Origin: Methanobacterium sp.
Lineage (GTDB): Archaea; Methanobacteriota; Methanobacteria; Methanobacteriales; Methanobacteriaceae
Length of the DNA: 64,000 nucleotides
Direction: 5' to 3'
Assembly: GCA_020855015.1 (NCBI GenBank)
Contig: JAHKLP010000019.1
Location: forward strand, 33,246-97,245
The position numbers and the translations under genes are program-made. A model generated the notes under the pieces. The model was not told where the DNA came from. It did not search any database and was given only the letters and a program-made list of their open reading frames with translations. The stretch's first letter is position 1, and each line of letters starts with the position of its first letter. Of this stretch, positions 40,434-55,821 are shown piece by piece.

Positions 40434-41414
40434 TTACATCATATCCGCATTATCTTTCTTATGCCATTCCCATGCAGTGCTGATAATTTCAGTCAGATTA
40501 TCATATTTAGGTTGCCATTTCAGGATTTCACGTGCTTTTTTAGAGCTTCCTACAAGGACAGGAGGATCACCCGGCCTTCTATCTGTTTCAGTGGATTTGA
40601 TTTCTTTGCCAGTTACTTTTCTGGCTTCTTCAATGACTTGTTTAACTGAAAATCCATTACCATTTCCTAAGTTGAAAACTTCACTCTTTCCACCATTTTC
40701 AAGATATTTAAGAGCCTTTATATGTGCATCTGCCAGATCGGTGACGTGTATATAATCCCTGATGCATGTACCGTCATGGGTAGTGTAATCTGTTCCAAAT
40801 ATCTTTATATCCTCTCTTTTTCCTGCAGCAGCATCTAGTATTAGGGGTATGAGGTGTGTTTCTGGGTTGTGTCTTTCTCCAACATCACCATCGGGGTCTG
40901 CACCGGCAGCATTGAAGTAACGGAGGGAAACATAACGAAGCCCATAGGCAATACTGTAATCTGATAAAACCTGTTCTACCATTAGCTTAGCCTTACCATA
41001 CGGACTTATAGGGTCTTGAGGATGAGTTTCAGTAATGGGAATTTCTTGAGGATTTCCGTAGGTAGCACAGGTTGATGAAAATATTATTTTCTTTATCTTG
41101 AATTCATTCATCACTTGGAGAAGATTTAAGGTATTTTTCAGGTTGTTAAGGTAGTATTTCTGAGGATCCTCCACTGATTCCCCTACATAAGTGAATGCAG
41201 CAAAATGCATAACCGCTTCGATTTTATACTTCTGGAAAACTTTCCTTAATGAATCTAAATCACCTAAATCTACATTTTCATAGACTCCCCATTTCAGGAA
41301 ATCTTCATGACCATAACTCATGTTATCCAGAACAACTGTTTCATATCCTGCAAGGGTTAGCTCCTTATTGGCATGGGAGCCTATGTATCCTGCACCTCCA
41401 GTTACAAGTATCAT
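40434..41414 (-). CDS. galE: UDP-glucose 4-epimerase
   Basis: TGGAGYIGSH, HFAA-x-x-x-VGES, YGKAK, LRYFN and RDYIHV motifs. Confidence 0.95.
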   Translation of the reverse strand: MILVTGGAGYIGSHANKELTLAGYETVVLDNMSYGHEDFLKWGVYENVDLGDLDSLRKVFQKYKIEAVMHFAAFTYVGESVEDPQKYYLNNLKNTLNLLQVMNEFKIKKIIFSSTCATYGNPQEIPITETHPQDPISPYGKAKLMVEQVLSDYSIAYGLRYVSLRYFNAAGADPDGDVGERHNPETHLIPLILDAAAGKREDIKIFGTDYTTHDGTCIRDYIHVTDLADAHIKALKYLENGGKSEVFNLGNGNGFSVKQVIEEARKVTGKEIKSTETDRRPGDPPVLVGSSKKAREILKWQPKYDNLTEIISTAWEWHKKDNADMM

Positions 41415-41543
41415 GCTTTATGTGTTGTTTTTTATTGCATTTAACCCCATCGTGTACACCGATTAAATACTTAAATCAAAGTGAATACATATAAGTCAAA
41501 GGACAATCTTTATTATAACAAATAGAATGATTAGCCGAAGAGA

Positions 41544-42065
41544 GTGAAGATGATAAAAATGCGTGTCCCATATTTTTTGATAACAATGTTAATCATAATC
41601 CTAGGTGTTTCTGGTTGCACTCAGGATGATTTGGATCAGTCTGATAGCTCATTATACACTATGAACAATACCAATAATTCCCCTATAGTTTCCGAAAACT
41701 CAACTACAATCAAGAGAACAGATTCTGATAGTCCGAATGTTGAGGTACGTGGTAAATGTTACAAGGTAGTGGATGGGGACACTATAGATGTGGAGGGAAT
41801 CGGAAGAGTACGTTTTGTGGGGGTGAACACTCCAGAAAGGGGAGAATCAGGATATCTTAGTGCTAAAAACTTTGTAAAAAATAAGTGCTTGGGCAAAATG
41901 GTGGGTTTAGATATTGATGATGATAAAAATAAGGATAAATACCGCCGAACTCTCGCAGTGGTCTATGTGGATGGTGTCAACCTGAACCAGGAACTCCTGA
42001 AGAAGGGATATGCCGAAGTGATGTACATTCCACCATCAGAGTTTAACCCTTACAGTTGGAATTAA
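41544..42065 (+). CDS. Secreted or lipid-anchored thermonuclease (SNase family)
   Basis: Signal peptide ending ILGVSGC; VVDGDTI, VRF-x-GVNTPE, DKY-x-RTLA and GYA motifs. Confidence 0.92.
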   Translation: MKMIKMRVPYFLITMLIIILGVSGCTQDDLDQSDSSLYTMNNTNNSPIVSENSTTIKRTDSDSPNVEVRGKCYKVVDGDTIDVEGIGRVRFVGVNTPERGESGYLSAKNFVKNKCLGKMVGLDIDDDKNKDKYRRTLAVVYVDGVNLNQELLKKGYAEVMYIPPSEFNPYSWN

Positions 42066-42108
42066 TTTGATTATGTTTTTAATTCATGTGGGGTTTCTTG
42101 GTGGAATA

Positions 42109-42639
42109 TCAGGGCGTGAACTTGTAATACTCACCATCAGGAAGTTGTATTTTCTTTATAATACCTTTATTCTCCAAAGATGTTATTAGATTATACATTC
42201 TGATGTTGCTTAACTTCAGCACACCATAGAGGAGGTTACCCTCCAGTAGAGTGCGAGAAAGATTGCCCTCATCATCCACCAGTTTTCTGATTATTTCCAG
42301 AGATTCTTGTTCAGTTTCAGATAACTGGTCTTTTACTTCAACATCCCCCAGATCACTTGTTTCTACCATACTGCCAGTGGCAGGTACTTCTTCAGTTTTT
42401 TGAACCATTTCATCATCACTTTTAAGAAGGATGCTGCCGTCTCGACGCGTAATGTAATTTTCTTCTTCCAAATAAGCCAGTGCGTGATCAAGATCTTCTA
42501 GAGCAAGGCCAAGATCAATTTTCAGGATGTTGTAGGGAACTCCATCCTTATATTCTGCCTGAAAGAATTTAATGCCATTTAAGACCCTTTTTTGTAGGGG
42601 TGTGAGATTAGTCATGGTTATACGTTTTGGCTTGGTCAT
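42109..42639 (-). CDS. Hypothetical protein, probably two winged-helix domains
   Basis: Two segments patterned L(T/S)-x-x-x-x-x-x-L..I....L(E)-x-x-G/N-x-I, joined by an acidic linker. Confidence 0.55.
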   Translation of the reverse strand: MTKPKRITMTNLTPLQKRVLNGIKFFQAEYKDGVPYNILKIDLGLALEDLDHALAYLEEENYITRRDGSILLKSDDEMVQKTEEVPATGSMVETSDLGDVEVKDQLSETEQESLEIIRKLVDDEGNLSRTLLEGNLLYGVLKLSNIRMYNLITSLENKGIIKKIQLPDGEYYKFTP

Positions 42640-42760
42640 ATTAATAAATAAAGTTTTAAATTAAGGAGAGTAAAATATAATTGTTATGTTCAATACACAG
42701 ATTGCCTTATTTATCCAATAAACTAATAAAAAACGACTTATATTAATTTTGAGGGATTAA

Positions 42761-43822
42761 ATGCTTGATTCACTTTATGAAAAAGCCCTGAAAAAAAGAG
42801 ATAACATCAATCAGCAAATAAAGGAAATTGAATCATTCCAAGTCGATGTTTCCGAACAATGGGTTGATTACCCAATAGTAGAAAGCAACTTAAACACAAA
42901 TATCGCTGCTGGTGATGGAAGTATCAATAAAAGGAAATTTCTACCATTCATATTTTATGCAATCTGTGCTGAAGGCCTTTTAAATGTACATAATGGCTTT
43001 AAAAGAGTTGAAAGCTCTGAAATTGATATTATAGCCCACCATAAATATGTTGAAGATCGTTTGAGAAGTTATATGAACATATTCGAAATTAAAAACGCCC
43101 TCAAGCTGTTAAAGGAATATGATGTGGATATATTCCTCTTTGATGGGTCTATTTTGGGAAACCTCATAAGGCCTTTTCCTATTGAAAAAGAACTCAAAAA
43201 ACAGGTGAAAGAAAAAATAAGGGCAAAATACTTGCCCCTCTTGGAAGAAGAGGTAAATATTTTGGATGTGGCAATAACTTCATCTAAATTTGCTAGTGAA
43301 ATTGCTGATGAATTTAATGATAATACCGAACCAATGATCTATCTTGAAAACTTGGAAAACATGGTTTTTATTAGTGAATTAATGAACCATGACAAAAAAA
43401 TAGTGGCCATCTCCAAAACATCTACTAGTAATGAATATTTCGATTCAAAAGTTCCAGATATGGCAATATTTGATATGTACAGTAAAAAACAGGGATACTC
43501 AAAACCAAGATATTCATATGTAAAAGACGTTAAAATGGATTTCCCAGTTAAAAATGAATTCTTTAAAGGTTTGACATTCACAATTTTCTATGCTCGATTA
43601 GAAGATCATAAAAACATGCTAAAGTTCGAACTACCATACCGTGCCACAGAAAATGATATAACAAGATTATTGAAGACTATAAAGAATATAAGTGCAGAAG
43701 GATATCCATTATTATTAAAAAAGGCCCATAATGATGTTGTAATCCGGAAAAATGATCTGGAAAACCTTTCCAAGATAATTGGGTTCAGGGAAAAAAGTGG
43801 GAGGGAAATGTTAAATGAATGA
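42761..43822 (+). CDS. nurA: DNA double-strand break repair nuclease NurA
   Basis: AGDGS, FDGSI, AISK and GYP-x-x-L-x-x-AH motifs; first gene of the herA-mre11-rad50 operon. Confidence 0.93.
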   Translation: MLDSLYEKALKKRDNINQQIKEIESFQVDVSEQWVDYPIVESNLNTNIAAGDGSINKRKFLPFIFYAICAEGLLNVHNGFKRVESSEIDIIAHHKYVEDRLRSYMNIFEIKNALKLLKEYDVDIFLFDGSILGNLIRPFPIEKELKKQVKEKIRAKYLPLLEEEVNILDVAITSSKFASEIADEFNDNTEPMIYLENLENMVFISELMNHDKKIVAISKTSTSNEYFDSKVPDMAIFDMYSKKQGYSKPRYSYVKDVKMDFPVKNEFFKGLTFTIFYARLEDHKNMLKFELPYRATENDITRLLKTIKNISAEGYPLLLKKAHNDVVIRKNDLENLSKIIGFREKSGREMLNE

Positions 43823-45347
43823 AGTGATTGGAAGATGTATTGGTGAAACATCATTGGTTGATGTAAGTTTCATTTCAAAGGAAATGCCCAGAGTGGGAGA
43901 ATATGTTTCCCTGAAGTATGATGGAAAAAATGTTCTGGGAATGATAGAATCCCTAGTAAGGGGCAGTGTTTCCATTAATGATCAAATATATGACCCCCTG
44001 ACCATTGAAAAAATAAAAGCCATCGAAGGCGATGACCATTACGTTAAGGGAACTGTTAAAATACTGGGAGATATTGATAACGATCTTCGCATTCCACGCA
44101 CACCAGCTCCACCTGGAACTGAGATAAGAGTTGCTGATTCAGATGTTCTAAAGAAGATATTCAAAGTAGGCAAGTATGGTCTAAAGTTGGGAAACCTGAT
44201 TACACAAGATGAAGTGGCCATAGAAATTGACATAAACAAAATGGTATCAAGACACCTAGCAGTTCTAGCAATGACTGGTGCTGGGAAATCTAATACCGTT
44301 TCAGTAATTGTAGATGGCCTCTTGAAAGTCAATGGAAGTGTTTTGATATTCGATATGCACTCAGAATATGTGAACACTGATTTTGGGGAAGATAAAGTCA
44401 ATGTAATGCAACCCCAAATTAACCCACTTTATCTCTCCTTTGGTGAAATTAGACAATTATCAAATATTCCATCCAATGCATACGTTCAAGAAAGATACTT
44501 TTTTAAAGCTTATAAATTGGCACGGAAAAGCTTGATGCAGGGTTCTTCAACAGGTAAAGATTTCATTACCATCATACAGAGCAAACTGGAAGGATGGTTA
44601 CAAGAAGCAGAGGATCCTGATTCGAAATCATTTAATGCCTCTGATAAAAAATCCATTGCGGATGTTTTAAACAAACTAGAACATATGCGGGATAAATATG
44701 GAAATATACTCAGTCTTGAAGCAAAAGACATAATTGACAACCTAGAAGTTGGGAAAGCAAATATACTGGATTTAGGTTCTGTTGACGAGTTTGCCTCAGA
44801 TGTGGTAGTTAGTCATATCCTTCGCAATGTTTTAAGCAACAGGAAGGAGTTTTTAAGAAGTGGAGATGGCCTTGAGTTCCCCATATTTTTAATTCTAGAA
44901 GAAGCCCACATTTTAGCCCCTCAAAATAGAAAAACCGAATCAAAGCTATGGATTAGTAGAATAGCTAGAGAAGGGCGTAAATTCTCTGTAGGATTATGTC
45001 TGGTGAGTCAAAGTCCCAAATCACTTGATTCAGATGCCCTATCCCAGGCAAACAACATGATTATTCTGCGTTTGGTGGAACCAACCGATCAAAGCCATGT
45101 TCAGCGTGCAAGTGAAAGCTTAAGCGATGATTTAATAGCACAACTACCCTCCCTCAACATTGGTGAGGCCATTATACTTGGTTTAATGACTAGAATCCCT
45201 ACTTTGATCAAGATAGATGAATTTCAGGGGAAGATCACTGGAGGAGATTTAAACATCGTAGATGAATGGTCAAAATCCCATAAAAATCATACAAAAATTT
45301 TAAACCAACAAAAAGAGGAGTATGAAGATCTTGGGGGAGACTATTAA
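43815..45347 (+). CDS. herA: DNA double-strand break repair helicase HerA
   Basis: HAS-barrel N-terminus, RHLAVLAMTGAGKS, D-x-H-x-EY, LEEAH and IAREGRKF motifs. Confidence 0.95.
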   Translation: MNEVIGRCIGETSLVDVSFISKEMPRVGEYVSLKYDGKNVLGMIESLVRGSVSINDQIYDPLTIEKIKAIEGDDHYVKGTVKILGDIDNDLRIPRTPAPPGTEIRVADSDVLKKIFKVGKYGLKLGNLITQDEVAIEIDINKMVSRHLAVLAMTGAGKSNTVSVIVDGLLKVNGSVLIFDMHSEYVNTDFGEDKVNVMQPQINPLYLSFGEIRQLSNIPSNAYVQERYFFKAYKLARKSLMQGSSTGKDFITIIQSKLEGWLQEAEDPDSKSFNASDKKSIADVLNKLEHMRDKYGNILSLEAKDIIDNLEVGKANILDLGSVDEFASDVVVSHILRNVLSNRKEFLRSGDGLEFPIFLILEEAHILAPQNRKTESKLWISRIAREGRKFSVGLCLVSQSPKSLDSDALSQANNMIILRLVEPTDQSHVQRASESLSDDLIAQLPSLNIGEAIILGLMTRIPTLIKIDEFQGKITGGDLNIVDEWSKSHKNHTKILNQQKEEYEDLGGDY

Positions 45348-46481
45348 TGCAGTTTGCCCATTTAGCAGATACCCACATGGGATATCGCCAATACGGTCTT
45401 GTTGAGAGGGAAAATGACTTTTTCGAGGTTTTTGAACAAGCCATTAATGAGATTATTAATGAAAGGCCTGATTTTGTTGTCCACTCCGGAGACTTGTTTG
45501 AATACTCAAGACCCCCTACAAGAGCATTATTAACAGCACAAAAAGGTATTCTGAAATTGAAAGAAGAAAATATTCCAATTTATGCCATTGCTGGTAATCA
45601 TGATGTTGTAATGCGCAAAAACGCTCTTCCACCCCAAATTTTATATAAAAATTTTGGTTTAAAACTTATAAGTCCAAATAAGCCATTCTACATAGAAAAT
45701 GATGTTTTTATAGGGGGAGCGCCCTATGCATCTAAATACCATTCGAAACACTTAATCCAAAGACTTCAAGACATAGAAAAATCTTCAATGGACTATAAAA
45801 AGAGGATATTGGTTCTTCATCAGGGCATCGACCGTTATATTCCCTATGAATATGAAATTAAAATAGGTGATGTGCCTCAAAGTTTTAATTACTGTGCATT
45901 TGGCCATATTCATGAGAGAGTGATCGATGATTTTGGAGAAGGTAAACTGGCATACCCTGGTTCCACTGAAATATGGCGTTCCAATGAACTTGAAGGTTAT
46001 AAAAAGAATGGTAAAGGATTTTATCTTGTAGATATTAGTGGAGATATGCCGGAGATTGAAAAGATTAACCTTGAACTTCCGAGAGAGTTTATAAAAGAAA
46101 ACATATCCTACATTAAACTCAGGGAAGAGTTATCCAGAATTAGTCAGTATATTCACACACTGGATAGGAAACCCATACTCATGGTAACAGTGGAAGGAGG
46201 AAATTTCAGTCGTTCTGAGGTTTATGAAACCTTAAATCGTTCTTTATCAAATTCTTGTCTTGCATTAAGATCTAACTACAAACCAACAACAGTTAACAGT
46301 GAGGATCATCTTTTTGATCAATCAAATGAAGTTTTGGATATTAAGCGTGTGATTGAACATAGTCTTAAGGATTTCAACAACGAAAAAGTCAATGAACTAG
46401 CAACCAGTCTTTTGAAAGAACTTTCTGATGGTAATTATAAAACAGCAGAAAATAGGGTTCAAGATTTTTACGAGGATTTAT

Positions 46482-46492
<11 letters not shown>
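45347..46492 (+). CDS. mre11: DNA repair nuclease Mre11
   Basis: ADTHMG, GDLFE, GNHD, HQ, GHIH and YPGS phosphoesterase motifs. Confidence 0.95.
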
Positions 46493-49181
<2,689 letters not shown>

Positions 49182-49218
49182 ATGATCTAGAATTATTTAA
49201 AAAAATATATCTTCAATC

Positions 49219-50637
49219 TTATTTTCCATTTTTCTCTTTCTGATAACTTTTTTTATTTCCCCGATACCATGATACAAAGATTCCCACAAAGCACAGTATA
49301 GTGAATACCACAAAGCAAAGCTGTATACTCTCCAATAGGGATGGATACTGTTCTGGAGTTATTTGCACCCTACCCATGAATAATGCAAAAATTAATGTGG
49401 CTATTCCTATGCTCATGGTCTGTCCTATGAGTCGCATGGTGCTCACAGTAGCAGAAGCCACTCCATAGAATTTACGTTCCACAGACCCCATAATCACATT
49501 TGTGTTTGGTGAGGAGAAAAGTCCGAATCCTAACCCCAAAACCACCAATCCAATTATGATATCAGTGAGGGGCGTGTTAACATCTAAGAATGTCAACGTA
49601 AACAGGGCAATAGTGACTGTGGCCATCCCTGCAGTAGCAATGATTCTGGCATCAAATCTATCCGACATTCTACCAGCCAGTGGAGCTGTAACAGCCATTA
49701 ATATTGGCTGAAACACTAGAATTAATCCTGCAGCATGCGGTTCGAATCCCTTAATGTACTGAAGATAATAACTTAACAAAAGGGATACTGCAAATGTGGC
49801 GCTGTAATTAATAAGAGCAGCCATGCTGGAGAATGTGAATTCCGTGTTTTTGAACAATCTAATATTAAACACAGGACTTTCAGTTCGAAGCTCCCATTTA
49901 ATAAATGTTAACAATCCAATAACTCCCAATACTAACATTACCCAACCATCAATTTTTGGCAGACTTGAGAATCCATACATTATCAGTAATAGCATTATAC
50001 TGTATATTATTGAACCAATAAAGTCGAATTTTTCTCCCCTGGAAGCAGCCCATTCATCATGAAGTTTCCAGAATACTATGCCCACCACCAGCAAGCCAAA
50101 TGGTATCATAAGGAAAAATAAACTCCTCCAACCCAAATACTGGGTCATAAGCCCACCAATTACGGGACCTAAAGAGAGACCTACATAAACTGCTGCAATA
50201 TTGATTCCTATGGCCTTTCCCCTGTGATGTGGTGGATATACTGAGGTGATTATGGCCAGCCCTGTGACAAAAATCATAGCCGACCCAATTCCCTGAATGA
50301 TCCTGGAAGCTATAAGAATGAGTGATGAAGGTGATAAGGCGCAGAAAAGCGATGCCACCGTGAATATGATGATTCCATAGGTGAATATCTTTTTCATTCC
50401 ATGTATATCCGCCAACCGGCCAAATGGAACTGCAAAAATGGCTGCTGCCAGAAGAAATCCATTGGTAATCCAGTTCAAAAGAATAGCGTCTGCCCCAAAA
50501 TCTAATCCAATTGTGGGTAGGGCAATATTAACCGATGTTCCCATGAATGGTGTGAAAAAGGAAGCTATGCTCGCCACTAAAAGTGCAGCTATTTTTACAT
50601 TATTATTAACTTTAAAAGAATTATCAGCAGGATTCAT
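49219..50637 (-). CDS. DHA2 (EmrB/QacA-like) MFS transporter
   Basis: VNIALPTI, GRLAD-x-x-G-x-K, R-x-x-QG-x-G, GP-x-IGG and WR motifs; about 14 TM segments. Confidence 0.92.
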   Translation of the reverse strand: MNPADNSFKVNNNVKIAALLVASIASFFTPFMGTSVNIALPTIGLDFGADAILLNWITNGFLLAAAIFAVPFGRLADIHGMKKIFTYGIIIFTVASLFCALSPSSLILIASRIIQGIGSAMIFVTGLAIITSVYPPHHRGKAIGINIAAVYVGLSLGPVIGGLMTQYLGWRSLFFLMIPFGLLVVGIVFWKLHDEWAASRGEKFDFIGSIIYSIMLLLIMYGFSSLPKIDGWVMLVLGVIGLLTFIKWELRTESPVFNIRLFKNTEFTFSSMAALINYSATFAVSLLLSYYLQYIKGFEPHAAGLILVFQPILMAVTAPLAGRMSDRFDARIIATAGMATVTIALFTLTFLDVNTPLTDIIIGLVVLGLGFGLFSSPNTNVIMGSVERKFYGVASATVSTMRLIGQTMSIGIATLIFALFMGRVQITPEQYPSLLESIQLCFVVFTILCFVGIFVSWYRGNKKSYQKEKNGK

Positions 50638-50728
50638 TCATTCACCTGACCTATTAGTTACAATAACAGAACAAAAGAATAAAAATAAAAAAGTGGGAAA
50701 AATGGGAGGATGAAGCCAATAATGGCAT

Positions 50729-52224
<1,496 letters not shown>

Positions 52225-52242
52225 TTAATTAAAAAGATAGAA

Positions 52243-52788
52243 TTATAATAGATCTAATTCAGCTAATCTTTCTTTAGTTTTTTCAACACCAAGTTGAGCG
52301 TCTGCGATAGTTTTTGCACCAGTACACACTACTTTCCCTGACCCAAATAGTAATAATACTACTTTTGGTTCGCCAAGCCGGTAAACCAAACCAGGGAATT
52401 GTTCTGGTTCGTATTCGGTGTTTTCCAGATCCAGGGCCACTGCCTCCAGGTTAAGGGTTTTTTCCAGATTGGCAGAAGCTACAATGTTCTGAACTTTCAT
52501 TTCGTATTCATGAGGAATTTCGGGGTCTAATGCACGCATCTTATCCACAGCAATATGGATAGCCTTTTTAGAGTCTTCAATTGACTTGGCACCTGTGCAA
52601 ACGAGTTTACCCGATCCAAAGATAAGTGCAGCTGTTTTAGGTTCTTTAATTTTGTAAACTAATCCTGGGAATTGTTCAAGGTTATATTCTACGCCTTCCA
52701 ACGCTGGAGCGACTTGTGGAAGGTCTAAATCTTTTCCAATCGTTGCGGAAGTCACTATGTTCTCCACTTTGATTTCAGTTTTTGTCAT
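52243..52788 (-). CDS. tbp: TATA-box-binding protein
   Basis: Two repeats of NIV-x-S..Y-x-x-EQFPGLVY..L-x-FGSGK-x-VCTGAK. Confidence 0.98.
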   Translation of the reverse strand: MTKTEIKVENIVTSATIGKDLDLPQVAPALEGVEYNLEQFPGLVYKIKEPKTAALIFGSGKLVCTGAKSIEDSKKAIHIAVDKMRALDPEIPHEYEMKVQNIVASANLEKTLNLEAVALDLENTEYEPEQFPGLVYRLGEPKVVLLLFGSGKVVCTGAKTIADAQLGVEKTKERLAELDLL

Positions 52789-53201
52789 CTAATATCCTCC
52801 CATGGTTTTCCTATTAACCATGTACTTTTTATATCTTTTATAAAAGGCTTTATATATACTATATAAATGACCGTGAATTGGACATAAAAATAGCGAGTTT
52901 TATACTACCAATTTTTTTTATAAAAAGACTAATTATCTCACTTTTCCCTAAGTATGTTCATTGCTATATATATTAGTTTCTTGATATTCATTCCATGATA
53001 GTGCCATCAAAAGATCGATTCTGTTGTGAATGTGCTTTCGGTGCCACAATCTGTCGGTTGTTCGTGATTATAAAATTTTCTAAATAAAATTGTAATTAAA
53101 TTTATTTTGGTTTAAAACAATTAAATAATACATCAGTAATGATCTATTAATATTTAATATCCATAAGTTAATATTATTATGATATATGGGCAGGTGAAAC
53201 A

Positions 53202-53606
53202 ATGTTTGGTCCAAAAATTTACCAACAACAACTGGATGAACTTGAAATTGATGGGATGGAAATAGATGTTTCCAACATTCAAAAGGCCATGGAGACCATG
53301 AATGAACTGGAAGAGTTGGAGAGTGTACTGAAAAAAATCAGACACAATATACGAACAGATATTCGGAGTATTAGAAAAGAGTATATACAGATTATTAATG
53401 AATTCAATCTCTCCCCCGAAGAAAGCCGTGAATTATCTGCTCGAAAAGTTCAAAAAAGAATTAAAAAGAAAAAAGAAATTATCAAAAAGAGAAATTCTAA
53501 AATAAAATCTTATGAACTTATTGAGAATGTGGTTGATAATTATTTAACTCAGATATCTGACGCCCAGATTTACATCAAAAATTCAATAGAAAGACGGGTC
53601 GGGTAA
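53202..53606 (+). CDS. Hypothetical helical protein
   Basis: AGGTGA RBS, coding-like composition, predicted amphipathic helices. Confidence 0.7.
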   Translation: MFGPKIYQQQLDELEIDGMEIDVSNIQKAMETMNELEELESVLKKIRHNIRTDIRSIRKEYIQIINEFNLSPEESRELSARKVQKRIKKKKEIIKKRNSKIKSYELIENVVDNYLTQISDAQIYIKNSIERRVG

Positions 53607-53657
53607 AAAACCAATCATATCCCTAACACACGAAAATGAATATTTTAAGGAGTTTTT

Positions 53658-54197
53658 ATGATAGAAGTCGAAGTTAAGGCCCATGCCCCAAACCTTAATG
53701 AAATCGAAGAAAAAATAGTTGAAATTGGTGCATCCCGGGAGGGGGAAGAATATCAGGAGGATCTGTATTTTAATGCACCACATAGAGACTTTGCTCAAAC
53801 TGATGAAGCTCTCAGAATAAGAAAAATCAAAAAAGAAAATTCTGAAGAAACATACATCACATATAAGGGAGCAAAAATGGATAAGGTCAGTAAAACCAGG
53901 AAAGAGATTGAAGTAGAAGTGGAAAATCCGTCTAAAGTAGCAGATATTCTTCAAAGTCTCAGTTTCCGTCCGGTGGCAACGGTTCGCAAGAACCGGATTA
54001 TCTATACATTAGGTGAACTAATTATAACCCTTGATAAAGTTCATGGAGTAGGTGATTTTGTGGAGATTGAAAAAGAAACCGCTGAAGGTGAAGACACCAA
54101 AGAAGCTCTTAATGAGATTTTTGCCACATATTCAAAAATAGGAATTGAAAAGGGTTTTGAAAGAAGTTCATATCTGGAATTGATGGGAATTCACTAG
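53658..54197 (+). CDS. cyaB: CYTH-domain protein (class IV adenylate cyclase CyaB-like)
   Basis: EVEVK, Q-x-D-x-YF, ALRIR, TYKG, K-x-R, EIE and SYLEL motifs. Confidence 0.88.
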   Translation: MIEVEVKAHAPNLNEIEEKIVEIGASREGEEYQEDLYFNAPHRDFAQTDEALRIRKIKKENSEETYITYKGAKMDKVSKTRKEIEVEVENPSKVADILQSLSFRPVATVRKNRIIYTLGELIITLDKVHGVGDFVEIEKETAEGEDTKEALNEIFATYSKIGIEKGFERSSYLELMGIH

Positions 54198-54544
54198 AAA
54201 AATATGAATTCACTGAAAGAAATCTACAATTTTTCTATATACTCAAAAATTATCATTATTTTTTTACTTTACTAGTAAAACACTATATTTTTTATAAGCA
54301 AGTTTCAGTGACAAATGGTTTCACCGGCAACCGGAATGAGCCCACCGATTAAGGGAAATGCAAAACGAAAAATACATTTATATCTAAATAATAATCCAAG
54401 ATAATCCAATAAACTATCTGCTAAAATTAATAATGGTTTTCAAGGATCATCATCTTTAAAATCCATATTAATCGAGTTTAATCCTTTTGAATACATATTA
54501 AAAAGTTAAATTTCAGTTTATCCAAAAAAATAGGCGGTAATATA

Positions 54545-55720
<1,176 letters not shown>

Positions 55721-55821
55721 AAATTATATTTAATAAATGTTTATTGGACAAATCAAATTACAATAACATCATGTAATAAAATTAGAAACCTGCCCTTATC
55801 AGATTATAATGGTGCATATCA

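Noticed and set aside
42761-45347. HerA plus nuclease as an anti-phage defence system
   Set aside because: This is the canonical archaeal nurA-herA-mre11-rad50 repair operon.
53034-53048. Minus-strand GTGGCACCGA resembling a Cas9 tracrRNA 3' hairpin
   Set aside because: Only a 10-nt match with no Cas9, TnpB or repeats nearby; coincidental.
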